From contig JBODTK010000011.1 in NCBI GenBank assembly GCA_050613775.1, positions 744,001-808,000 on the forward strand: a stretch of DNA of 64,000 nucleotides, in the 5' to 3' direction. Below, piece after piece: positions 1 through 14,115 of the stretch; positions within the stretch are counted from its first letter, which is position 1; every line of letters begins with the position of its first letter. A program made the translations under genes and the position numbers. This DNA comes from Neocallimastix sp. 'constans'. Lineage: Eukaryota. The notes below the pieces were generated by a model that did not search any database, was not told the origin of the DNA, and saw nothing but the letters and a program-made list of their open reading frames with translations.

Positions 1-676
1 ATTTATTATTTTATTTATTATTTATTATTTATTATTTATTATTTATTAATAAATACTCTTTTTATTATTTAATATTTAATATTTAATATTTAATATTTAT
101 TATTTATTTATTATTTATTATTTAATTATTATTTATTATTCCATTATTTATTATTTATTATTTATTAATAAATACTCTTTTTTATTATTTATTATTTATT
201 ATTTATTATATATCATTCAATTATTCCATTATTTATCATTCCATAATTTAATATTTAATATCTACTATTAATTATTAATTAATTATTATACAATTATTAT
301 TTTTTTACCATCATAATATAAAGAAGATTAAAAGAAAAGAGATAATTATTTTATTTATTATATTTAATAAATAAATCTCTTTATATCAGCTAAATATTTA
401 TTACAGAAAATATCATAAATTTTTATATACACTTAAAAAAAAATAAAATAAACATATATATTATATATATGTATACAGATAGATAGATATGAATTAAATA
501 TATACTTAAAATTTTTATTGTTCTTTATTTAAGTTTTTATATGTAAAAATAAAAATTAGAAATTAGTATAAACAAAAACAAAAACAAAAATAACAATAAA
601 AAATAAAAAATAAGAAATAAGAAATAAAAATATAGATATAGATGATATAGACATTAATTGATATATATATAAATAA

Positions 677-714
<38 letters not shown>

Positions 715-1358
715 TAATTAGTATTATGGATTGAATTGAATAATATCAAATTTATCGATTTTTATTTATTTATTTTATTTCTTTTTTTTTTATACATATA
801 ATTAAATAAAAAAAAAAAAAAGATTAAAAAGTATAGCTAAAAAATATATAAATAGAAATCATAAATAATTATTGTTTAATCAACTAAAAAAAAAAAAAAA
901 AATAATATTAAAGCGTATATATATTTATTTAAATTTTAAATATATATTGAATCAAAATTTTTAATTTGATACGACAGATCATGAAATATTTGTTATTGTT
1001 ATTATTATTTTATTTGTAATATCTACCTGTTGATATTTTCATAATAGATATCATAAAAGAAAAAGAAAATTACAATAAAGTATATAAATTAATATCATAA
1101 AATGAGTGATTTTAATATTACTATTTTTTTTTTTTTTTTTTTTTTTGTAGTTTAATGAGAAATATATATATATGTAAATTTATATTTATAAGATTTATAA
1201 GATTTTTGTGATAAACTAAATATATATTTATATATGTATTTTTTTTTATAGATTATTTTTTTTTATTTTTAAAGTAAAAAATAATAATATTATAATTATG
1301 TTACATTATTAAAAACATTTAGATAATTATGAGAAGTCTATATTAAAAAAAAAATTAT

Positions 1359-2877
1359 TGTTAAGTTTAACTAAAGATTTAAGTGTTATACATTATTAAG
1401 TATTATAATAAATATTTACAATATTTAATTCTATAATAATTGGTGTGTAAAATATAAAAAGGCAAATTATTTTATAATTTAATATTATATTGGGAGTCAT
1501 TTAAATGTTTTTATTGAATAATCATATATATCATCAAATAAATAATAAATAATTAAATAAATAAACAACATTATTATTTTATTTTGTACATATCAAATTT
1601 TATATTGACTCCTTGCCAGATTAAGAGTCTCAAACATGAAGGGACTAATTATTTAATTTTAAATACTAAAATGTTTTAATGATTTTGATTTTGATTTTTT
1701 TTTTTAATTGATATTCCAAAAAATGATTAAAAGAAAAATGATAATAATAATCACATTGAAGAGAGTTTGAGTTCATCGACTCCAACTGATAATAAGGACA
1801 ATGAATTGATCTCTTCATATGACGATGATGATTCAAATCAAAGGAAAAAAAAAAAAAAAACATCATTAATAAATATAATGGCAATATAACGATATCAATC
1901 TTTGAAATCAAAGATTTTTTTTTTTTATTTTAAAAATTAAATAAAGAAAATTTCTTAAACTGGTATGAACCATTAAGAAGATATTTAATTGCTAATGATT
2001 TAGACAACTTTAAAGAAAATGAAATTTAAATTTTCAAAAATGAATAGAAGTCAGAAAAATAGAGAAAATACCGAATGAATTATTCTTTAACAAATCTATT
2101 GATATCTCTCATTACTTAAAGTTTTTTTTTTGTTGTTGTTGCTGTTGTTGTTGTAAGGCCTTTTTCTATAATAACCCTAAATCAAATAAATTTGACAATA
2201 ACACTAAACAGGGAATTTTTTATAGTTATTCTTATGCTCCTGATTTTTTAGGTTCTAAAAATTTGGATACTTTTTCCAGTTCTACGGTTACTGCCAGAGA
2301 TGCTTATTTTATGGAAGATATGCTAGTAAAATAATAAAACAAAAAAAATAACATCTTTAAAATAGATAGTGTGGTAATCTGCTAAACTCTCCCCTGAACC
2401 ATAAGAAAGATCATCAAAAGTTGAATTACTTACCTAGGGTTCTGTGTGTACGGAACTGTGCTGTTCGTAAATGTACATTGATGAGAATTATTAGGATTTC
2501 TAACTGCACTTATTCCTTTGTCCTATCGGTACAACGTCGGCACTCATGATAAATGAAAGTGTTTTTTTTTTTTGCTAAAACCTCTCAAAAAAGTAACTCA
2601 AGAGAGCTACGGATGATCGATCGGCATTGTATTAGCAAGATATTTCGCAAGCCCCACAATATACAGAATAGTAGACCCTATTGAATTACTATTAATAATA
2701 ATAATAATAATTCAATTATTAATTATCGATATTAAAACCAATAATAAAAAATGTCCTTTGAAATCAAAATCAATTGCTTGATGAAGAAAGTGAATATTCT
2801 AGTGAATTTAAATCTCTAAATGAGAAAAGAACTTTTTTTTGTAATAATTTAGTTGATTCGGGTGAAGAAAATTTAAA

Positions 2878-2914
<37 letters not shown>

Positions 2915-3140
2915 TTAATAACAATAAAAAGATATAAAGTTTTAAATATTAAAAACAAATATTCCAATCACATATCAATAGGCAATAAGTTCATCAGAAA
3001 GTGAAGCATGGAAAATAGCCCATAAATGAAGAATTATCAAATGTGTATAATAAAAAGAAGTGATGGAAGTAGTCAATAATATACCTAAAGATGTAAAATG
3101 ATAAGTAAAGATGTAAAAATGATAAGTACTAAATTTTTTA
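1359..3140 (+). mobile_element. Degenerate, internally deleted Ty1/Copia relic (putative 5' LTR 1359-1618, PBS 1619-1632, gag/integrase/RT fragments)
   Basis: TGTTAAG...TTGCCA followed by GATTAAGAGTCTCA, the same PBS as the intact Copia at 37205. Frameshifted fragments resemble that element: NWYEPLRRYLIANDLD (gag, ~1955), KSNKFDNNTKQGIF...TARDAYFMED (post-integrase, ~2180-2320), PITYQ*AISSSESEAWK..NEELSNVY..MEVVNNIP (RT start, ~2963-3090). Confidence 0.75.
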
Positions 3141-3666
3141 TACTATATGGATAAAGTAACTACATTACATTATCATGAAAAAGTTATGAATAATTTTATA
3201 TAATAAGTTTTATTTAACTTTATTTTATTATAAATAAAATTAAAAAATATTAAAAAATCTTAAAAAAAAAAAAAAAAGAAAAAAGAAAAAAGAAAAAATA
3301 ATATTGTAATGAAGTTCCATTATATAAATTCATAATGATTATGATAACCAAACATAAGAACTATGTATATTAAAGTACTTTTTAGTATTAAAATTATGAT
3401 AATTTATGTTATATTTTAATTTTAATTTTATATTTAATTATAATGTTATAAACTGTTTTAAAATATTTAAATTTATTCTGTATTATTTTTAGTTTTCCAT
3501 TCTATTCGTCTCTGCCTAGTATTTTAACCGATAATTCTTTCTTATGTTGTTCATTGTTAATTGCTGTTAAGGAATGTTAGAATGAAGAATAATAATAATT
3601 CATTTTTATAATAAATGATTATTATTGGTTAAATAAGTATTTATGTAATTTAGCTTGTATTTTATT

Positions 3667-4080
3667 CTATTCCGTAGTAGTCTCTAGTTTATTGAATTTC
3701 TTTTTATTTTTATGTTTATAAATACACACACACATACAAATACCAATACAACAACAAATTATAAATATAAAAATAATAATTAAATAAAGAATAACAGTTT
3801 CTAATTTTTTATGAAAACTAGTAGATTCTAAAGGAACATAATAATTATAACTGCAATTTTTAATAATAACATTCATACGAAGAACATTCATAGTTATGTT
3901 TACATACATCGTGATATGCTTTACCACAACGTATTTCTTCATTTTGAAACATTGCAAATCCTTTATGTACATAATCACAGTGAGTTACCGATGGATCATC
4001 ATCAAAAAACACAGTAATTACTAATAAATTTATTATAAAGGCAGTCAGAATCTTTTTTTACAACTTACATCAAAGATATT
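3667..4080 (-). pseudogene. Frameshifted Cys-rich single-pass membrane protein (paralogue of 6409-7736)
   Basis: Joining frames gives SCKK/DSDCLYNKFISNYCVF/DDDPSVTHCDYVHKG...CGKAYHDVCKHNYECSSYEC/IKNCSYNYYVP...hydrophobic helix-basic tail. About 3 frameshifts, two in homopolymers, so sequencing error is possible. 5' end not found. Confidence 0.65.
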
Positions 4081-5034
4081 TATCTTTATCAGAATTACCA
4101 ATTTTTATATAATTATCAAAATCTATTACTTTATCTAATTTATTATGGTATATACAAGAATTGAGAATTTATCTTTTTTGTTTTCATTATTTATTAGTAA
4201 TTCCATAAAATAGGGATTATCGTAACTTTTTAAGTTAACACAATAATCATATTCACAATAAAAAATGTTGCTCTTATGCAATATGGGAATGTCCTAGATT
4301 TTTAATTATAATCTAGCTTTAAACAGAATGGGGATGGTGTAATGCTTCTTGTAAATAATGAAGATATTAATTGGAGGAGTAAACTTGATGACTTGATGAT
4401 ATTAGTTTGAAACTTAAAAAAAAAAAAAAAAAAAAAAAAAACAAATAAATATCCCTTGGCACTTATGATCATGGAACATACGCCCTACCTTGGGATCTAA
4501 CCTAACAAATCCAATTTTCTATGTTTCGAAAATATATAAAAGTAATTCAAGTTCCATGTTCAAGACAATTTTATAATATGGATTTAGAAGATAAATGAAA
4601 ACTTTAGTAAAATTGATGATGTTAATACATCCTTACTAAAGCTAGAACTGAAGAAACAAAACATGATCCGGAAAATTAAGATAAGAAAGGGTTAATTTCA
4701 CTATTTGTGAAGCAAAAAAATCATTATAATAAACAATCATTTTTTATGATAGTGAAATCGAAGATACATTAACTTTATCAATTTTTATGAATATTCAAGC
4801 ATCTGTTACTAGTAAGATATCAGGAAAAAAAAAAAAGCAGAATATATGAATATATGAATAATAATTTATCTAAATTAATTAATTAATTCTGAGATGTCTT
4901 TTCATAATGAATGGTTTATATTAGATATTCCAAGTAATGATTCTTGTACGTCAAATGTAATGAATTCTTGGATGAAAAGGGATAACTATTTTAATATTTT
5001 AACCAAAAAAAAAAAAAAAAAATTAGATTAAGAA

Positions 5035-5080
<46 letters not shown>

Positions 5081-5329
5081 GTAAAACTCCTAACCAAAGT
5101 AGATTTAAAATATTATTTTATTATGTCTGTTTTTAGAAAAATGAATATATATATATATTTATTATTATAAATTATCCTTTATAATTTTAGATAATGTTGA
5201 TGATAAAATTAAGATGAACATCAACTTCAATATATATATATATATATTATTTTATATTAGAAAATGAAAAATAATACATTATATTTATTTTTTAATTGTT
5301 AAAAATACGAAAAATAAATAAAAAATAAG

Positions 5330-5374
<45 letters not shown>

Positions 5375-5960
5375 ACAAAAAAACAGATAATATTTTTATT
5401 TTAATGATATTTTAAATTATATAAAAATTACATTACAACATTATAGACTTATTTATTTAACTCAAGAGATTTCATTTTTAACTTTTTTTTTTTTTATATT
5501 TTACAATTTTTATATTTATGTATTTTATATTTAATTTTTTAATTTTTTTATTTTATTTTATTTTATTATAATTTTTATTATTATTATAATTATTATTATT
5601 AATATTATTATTTTTTTTTTTAAAAAAAAATTATATATAAATTATACTACAAGGTTATATATACATATTTAAAACAAGAGATTTCCTCTTTAGTTTTTTC
5701 TTATTTTACAATTTTCATATTATATTTGTTTTTTATTTTTTATTTTATATATATATATATATTTTTTTTTTAAAAAAAAATAAAATGAAAATAATGATAA
5801 TAATTAATATCAAATGCTTTATAATTAAAATTATCTCTATATTATATCCTATCTATTTATTATTAATAATAGTAATAATATATATATATTTTTTAATTAT
5901 ATGTGAAAAAGATATAGAAATTATAGAAAATGACAATTAAAGTGTTAAAGAGTTGAATTC

Positions 5961-6008
<48 letters not shown>

Positions 6009-6408
6009 ACTTTTTGTATTATTAAATTTTGTTTATAATTTTTATAAGTCGAAAAAAAAAAAAAAAAAATTAAATTATTTATCATTTTTATTATTTTAAA
6101 TTTATTATTATTATTATTGTTATTAGTTTTTTTTTTTATTTTATTTTATTTTATTTTTATTTTTTTCTATTTTTGTTACTTTATTGTAATTTTGAACTGT
6201 AGCTGATGATAAATAAATAAATAAAATTATTTCATTTGATTATTATTGAATTATTATATATAAATATATATTTCTTTCTATTCTTATTTACTTTTTTTTT
6301 ATTTTAAAATAAAATATTGATTAAATATTATTAACTATATTTACAATAATTAAAAAAAAAAAAACTTGAGTATATAAATATATATGATTTTTTTTTTTAA
6401 ACTTCCCT

Positions 6409-7736
6409 TTAATGACTTTGAACTGTTTTAGTTTTTTTGGATCGTTTATAGAACATGTGTAATATAAGAAGGGTGATCATCACCACTGAATAGGTGATGA
6501 CACAGGCTATGGTATTGCTGAAGGTCACCTTCGTTTCCAGACAATATAAATTTTCGGTATCTCCGCCTTTAATTTTGGCACAATTTCCGGTTTGACATTC
6601 TGAATCTTTTGTGCAACGCTCATACAGGAAAAGTCGACAGTTAAATATATCCGTGTTTTGTCCATACTCATCCCTTTTATTATTGGAACAGTAATGAATG
6701 GGATTACTGTCGTTACTGATACATACTTTATTCACACAGCTACCCGAGAGACATCCGTCATTACTGTGACATTCACGGGTAACACATTTCACTTCACCCG
6801 CGGAGGGACAACTTTCAAAAATAAGGGAAGGATTTTTTTCACAGGGTCTGAGGTATTGAGGTTGAGCATATTTGATGTAGGAGTGGCCACAGTGATCATC
6901 ATGATAGCAATGGCTACCATTACAAAAAATATTATCAAAGATACATTGACCATTATTTAATTCTCCTGCCTTTTTATTCTTTAGAAGTTGACAGGTTCCT
7001 ATGTTGTAACATACTTTTCGTAATTCCTCTGAATTGGCATTGTTTGGTACTGTACAAGTTACTTTACTAATTTTTTTTATTAATTTTTTTTTTTTCATAA
7101 TATTTATATATATATATATAAGATTTATATATAATATATATAATGTAAATATAATATATATAAAATATAAATAAAATATATATAAAATATTTAATATATT
7201 ATTACAAATAATATTATTAAAGAGTAAAATAAAAAAAAAAATTTTTTTTATTTATTTTATTTTATGAACGTTAAAATTTATTTTTTATTTTTTATTTTTT
7301 ATTTTTTTATAATTATTTAATTTTTTTTTATTTTTAAATTTTTTTTTCTTTAAAGTTTTTACCTTAATTTTGATTTTATTGTTTTTGAATTTAAAGATGA
7401 AATATTAAATTGAGAACTATTTTCTTCATTAACTTCAGGTGTATTCGGAATAGTATCATTTACAGATTTTGTAGTGGTAAAATCATCATTATTTACAGCA
7501 TCCACACTTTCCGCACTATTTATATTTTCAGCACTATTTATATCTTCTTCATTGTTAATATTTTCTACATTTCCTGTCTTATCAATATCTTGATTCGTAG
7601 TGAAATCATTGATTGCCTCATCAACATCAAAGTTTGTATCTTTAATAATGGAATCAGGATTCATAAGAACATCATTACCATTAGAGTAATTATATGTATC
7701 GACTCTATTTTCTGAATTTGTATTTGAATAAACCAT
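6409..7736 (-). CDS. Cys-rich membrane-anchored protein, 2 exons (7736-7363, 7066-6409), ~343 aa
   Basis: GT-AG intron 7362-7067 joins the two ORFs in frame (KLS/KVTC). Acidic Asn-rich N-terminus, repeated CxxD/NxxCxSGxC modules, C-terminal TM helix plus basic tail. No signal peptide seen, so an upstream exon may be missing. Confidence 0.85.
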
Positions 7737-8592
7737 TTTTTTTTTTTTTAATTTTTATTATATTATATATTATTTATATCTTTATACTTCTTTTTTTTTT
7801 TTTTAATTCAATTCAATTCAATTCAATTCAATTCAATTCAATTTTTACATATAATATATATTATTTATTTTATTATTTATATGATAGTTTTTTTATATTC
7901 ATAAATTTGTAATATTAAATAATATTTAAAATAGTAGTTTTATTATTTTTTCAAAATCAATTTCAAAATTATTCTATTCTTTCAAATTTCTTATTGTAAT
8001 GTTGTTTTATTTCCATTTAATAGTATCATTATTTATTTATATATTTTATTTTATTTTTTTTTTTTTTAAAATAAAAAAAATAAAATAATAAAAAAATAAA
8101 AAGAATATTAAAAAATATTTATGTACTTTCTTTTATATAAGTTTCAAATAAAATAAAATGAAGTAAAAATAATAATATGAACATTTTATTTCATACTATT
8201 ATCATATTTAAATATTTTTTTTTTTTTTTTTTTTATTTTTCTTTATTTTTATTTTTTATTTTCATATTTTTATTATTACTTTCCATATTTATTAAATTAA
8301 TAAATTAAATTAAATATTGTATTAAAATTTTATTGATAATTATTAAATGAAAATGAAAATGAAAATAAAATTAAATAAATAAATAAAATAATAATAATAA
8401 ATAAATTAATAAATAAAATAATAATAAATAAATAAAATAATAATAAATAAATAAATAAAATTAAGATAATAATTATATTCAATTTATTTAATATTCTACT
8501 ATTTATTTTATTTTATTTATATTAATATTTTATTATTTTATTTTACTTCGCTATTTATTTATTATATATTTTTTATTTATTTATATAATAAG

Positions 8593-8752
<160 letters not shown>

Positions 8753-10464
8753 TATATAAATATGGAAATGTTCACCATTAAAAAAGTTTTTTTTTTTTTT
8801 TCCAATTAGTTCAAATTTTTTATTTTTTTATTTTTAATTTATTTTTAATTTATTTTTAATTTATTTTTAATTTATTTTTAATTTATTTTACACTCGTTCA
8901 GTGAAGATTAAAAAAATTTTAAATAATAAAAAAAAATAATAAAAAAAAATAATAATTAATATTGAATTTAGATAATTTCTTTGATTTTATTGGTTTGTTA
9001 CACGAGTTGATGTTACACAAATCTTTAAATAAAATTAAAATAAAAAATAAAATTAAATAATTAAAAGATTAAAAAAAGTTGTAAAATAAATTAAAAAAAA
9101 TCATTAATAATAAAAAAATTAAAAAAAAAAAAAAAATTCATTATTTTATTTTTTATTATTCTTTAATTTTTTTTTTATTGTTTTATTAAAACAATAAAAA
9201 TCAATAATTTTAAAATGAATTTTTTTTTTATTTATTAATTGATATTTGATATATATATTAATCAATTTACTTTGAAACGATTATATAAAAAAAAAACTTT
9301 TGTAGAAAAATATTAAAATAAAAAAAAAACGGTTAAAAAAATAAAAATCATTAAAAATTTTTTTTAATATTTTTAATTTTTTTTCTTTTAATATTGAAAA
9401 AAAGCTAATATTTAAAAAAAAAATAAAAGAAAGAAAAAAAGAAAAATGAATATTCATACCTCATAATATACTTATAGGTATAGAATTATAATTATTTAAT
9501 AATGTAATATAGGTTTTTTCTTTATTTTTAATTCATTTGATATGATTATTTAAAACTATTTATTATTAAATGTGAAAATAATAAATTTTGTTTTTTTATG
9601 AGTTTAATATATATATTTATAAATATATGTATTTAAATAAAAAAAAAAAAAAACTGTTTTTCCTTAGATATATTAACAATAATAATAATAATAATAATAA
9701 TTAAGTAGTAATTATTATTATTATAATTTTTATTAGGAAGGAATTTCATTGCTTGAAATTAATGATTTTATGGGTTTTTAATAATTAATTAATTAATTAA
9801 CTAATTAATAATAATAATAATAATGAAAATAAAAAGGGAAACACATTTAATTATTAATATTATGGATATAATTAAAAGAAAAAAAAATTATTAAAAATAT
9901 TTAAAAAAAATTAAAAAGAATTATTTATTGTTGTGGAGATCTATCAATTAAATGAGAATTAAACGATAATAAAAATGATAAAAATAAATAATTAAAATTG
10001 TCAAAATAATAATTAAAATAATTTATTATTTATAAATAATACTAAATAATAATTTAAAATTTAATCAATAAAAGGTTAGTAATAAATTATTATTTGTAAG
10101 TAAAACAAAAGATATATTAAAAATATTTTGAAAATTATTTAAAAATAATAAAAAATTATAAATTTATAAATTTATTTTTTACTATTATTATTTAATTATT
10201 TAATTATTTATTATTCAATTATTTATTTTTATCATTAATTATTATATTTCTTTTTCATATGTTTTCAATATATTTAAAAATAAATATTAAAAAATTATAT
10301 AAAAAAAAAATTAAAGTGTTGAGGTATCAACCAATGATTATTGAGTATTTAATTGTGGTGGAGCGGCAATTATAAATTGAAATATTTATTTATTTATTTA
10401 TTTTTTTAATATATATACATAGATATATATAAATTAAAGTTTTTTGTTTTATTATATAAAATAA

Positions 10465-10500
<36 letters not shown>

Positions 10501-10591
10501 AAAAAATAAATAATAAAAAATGAATAATAAATAAATATTAAATATTAATTTATATTTATTAAACCAAAATTTTATCAATACTTAATGAACA

Positions 10592-10659
<68 letters not shown>

Positions 10660-13089
10660 ATCTTCGGTATTATGTATATAATCATAGCAATTAACTAAAT
10701 CTATTTATTTTATTACTATTCTTTTTTTTGTTCTTTTAAATGGTATTAATATTGATCTATTCTTTTTTTTTTTTTTTTTTTTAATAACAAAAATAATAAA
10801 AAAAATATGTAAAGTATTAATAATAATAATGTATTAATAATAGTAATAATAAAAAAAAATGATGAAGTAATAATAATAAAAAAAAAAAAAAAAATAGTAA
10901 ATAAATAAGTAATAAATAATAATAAATTAATATATAATAATAATTATTAAAAAAAAAAAAAAAACTATGGTAAAAAATAATATTAACCATTAATCCACAA
11001 AAAATCCAGGATTAACTTTTTTTTTTTTTAATATTTTTAATAATACTAAAAATTTTATTATTTATATTTAATAAATAATATATAGATATTTATGGTCATT
11101 TATATTTTATTTATTTATTTATTCAAGTATTTATGAATTTTTAATTTTAAATGTTATATATAAATATTGTTTAAATATAATTCTTTGAATAATATTATTA
11201 ATTAAAAAATTTAGAATTTTATATTCAATTCAACTTTTATTAAATATTAAAATTATAATTTTTTGTTTTTAAAAAAAAATATAAATAATATAAATTTTGA
11301 TATATATTACTTTTTCTTTAATAAAAAATATATACATATTTATATATGTATTTTTACTCTATAAAACATTTACATCTATTCTATGCCTTTATTCTACTAA
11401 TAATTTTACCAAATGAATAAATAAATAAATAAATCTTTCAATAAATAAATAATTTGCTTTTTTTTTTTGGCTTTTTTCAAAAAAAAAAAGGGAAGGACTT
11501 TCACATATAATATTTAGTATTATTATTTTAAATAGATCAAGAAGAAGTGAATTTACTTGCTCATTAATATATATATCTCTTATCTTAAATCATGTCAACT
11601 ATCTTTTTCAGCTACTTTCTTTGATTTATATTGGAAAAGAAAGATTTAGTGATCAACTCAAATTCAAACAGTTTTATCATTATCGTATATATTTATCATT
11701 CCTAAAAAAAAAAAAAAAAAATTGTATTGTATTTTTTAATTTTTTTTTCCTTTCACAAACTGTTCATAGGTTCCTTTTTTTTTTTTTTTTTATTATAATT
11801 TTTTTTATTTCTTTTTATTTTTAAATATCATAATTATTATCATAATCATTTTCCGTCAGTTAATGTTGTTGTTGATATTTTATTATTATTATTATTATAT
11901 TTCTACCAAATTTATTTTTTTTTTTTTTTAAATTGAGGAGGACTATGTAAAAAAAAAAAAAAAAAAAAAAAGAACTAAAAATTTTTATCTGTTCGGTAAA
12001 TTAAATGAATAGATATAAAAGAATATATATATATATTACTTTAAATATTTCATAAAAATTATATTATTAATAATATTGATAAGTAATGAATAAGTATTCT
12101 CTAGAGAAATATTTACTTATTTTTAATATTATTAAATTAAATTGTGAATGTAAATATTGAAAAAAAATTTTTTTATATAATGATGACTCCTTCTTGGTTA
12201 TGATCAAAAGAAATGAAAATTGAATGATAATGATTAAGGAGATTAGAAATGTTCTTACAGCTGATCTAAATACAAACAACTATGATATATATATACATAA
12301 TTTTTTTTCATACCGTCATGATTATGGAGGGAATAAAATTTAAAAAAAGAGAACTAATCTTTGTTACGTGCACTTAATGGATTAAAAAGGAATATTTATA
12401 GACACAGAGATGATTATGATATTAACAGAATTAAATAAATAGCTTTATAATTAATGAAGTTTTAAATGAATTTGGAGATGAAGCAAATAAGTAAAAAAAT
12501 GAAAAATTCAAATAAAGTTATGAACGTAATTACCAAGTACACTATCAATATTAGTTAGAGGAGTAGTATATTGTATTCCTAAGTCCTAAAGTAGTATTTC
12601 TAAATTCTTTTATTCATTTCTGATGAATACTGGATTCACAATTATTATAGTGATTATTGTATGTATCATTCTTATAAACACACTTATATAACTTTTCTCA
12701 ATCCAAAGAAAGAACCTGTAGCATAGATAGTGACAGTAACAGTAACAGTAATAATATCTCGTTAAATTTTATATATTACCCTAAAAAAAAAAAAAAAAAT
12801 AAAAAGAAATAAAATAAAAAAAAAATAAAATTTCCATTATTCATTTAAAGAAATTCATATTTGTTCATCAAAATAATTAAATAATTATAATATATATTCA
12901 CTGTTAGAACGGTAATCACTAAAATAACGGTAATAGTAATCTCTAAAAGAACAGTATTATTTAATAGAATTGTATTCATCAAAAAAAAAAAAATTGTACT
13001 ACAGTTAACTATTCTTTTTGATGAATGAATATAAATTTTTTTTTCTTTTGATAAATAATACAAAATTTGAGTAAAATTTAAAGTTAAAC

Positions 13090-13612
<523 letters not shown>

Positions 13613-13850
13613 TTTTTTTATATTAAATTAAAATTCAAATAAAAATAAAGATTATAATTAAAATTTAAATCAACTCTATTTGCTTCCAAAAAAAGGAAAA
13701 TTAAAAAAAAAAAAAGTTAACTGTAAGAGTACTTATTTATTTAAAAAGACCGTATCCATTATTGAAATTGTTTATTAAAGTTAAAAACTACAAGGTTAGG
13801 AAAAAAGATATTCATTGAGAGAGTTAAAAACAAAGCAAAACAAAAACAAA

Positions 13851-14115
13851 AATAAAATAAAATAAAATAAATAGTAGAATATTAAATAAGAAAGTACAGA
13901 TTGAATAAAATAAAATAAAATAAATAGTAGAATATTAAATAAGAAAGTACAGATTGAATAAAATAAAATAAAATAAATAGTAGAAAATTAAATAAGAAAG
14001 TACAGATTGAATAAAATAAAATAAAATAAATAGTAGAATATTAAATAAGAAAGTACAGATTGAATAAAATAAAATAAAATAAATAGTAGAATATTAAATA
14101 AGAAAGTACAGATTG
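13851..14115. repeat. Minisatellite, 53-bp unit x5
   Basis: (AATAA)4-ATAGTAGAATATTAAATAAGAAAGTACAGATTG repeated five times, near perfect. Confidence 0.95.

Noticed and set aside
4200..5000. Patchy GC-richer, coding-like sequence (also 11900-12730)
   Set aside because: Probably decayed gene or TE fragments, but no motif I can assign; needs BLASTx.
13851..14115. Regular repeat arrays (also 26907-27275 and 30861-31005) as possible CRISPR
   Set aside because: Head-to-tail units with no unique spacers, no cas genes and a eukaryotic context.
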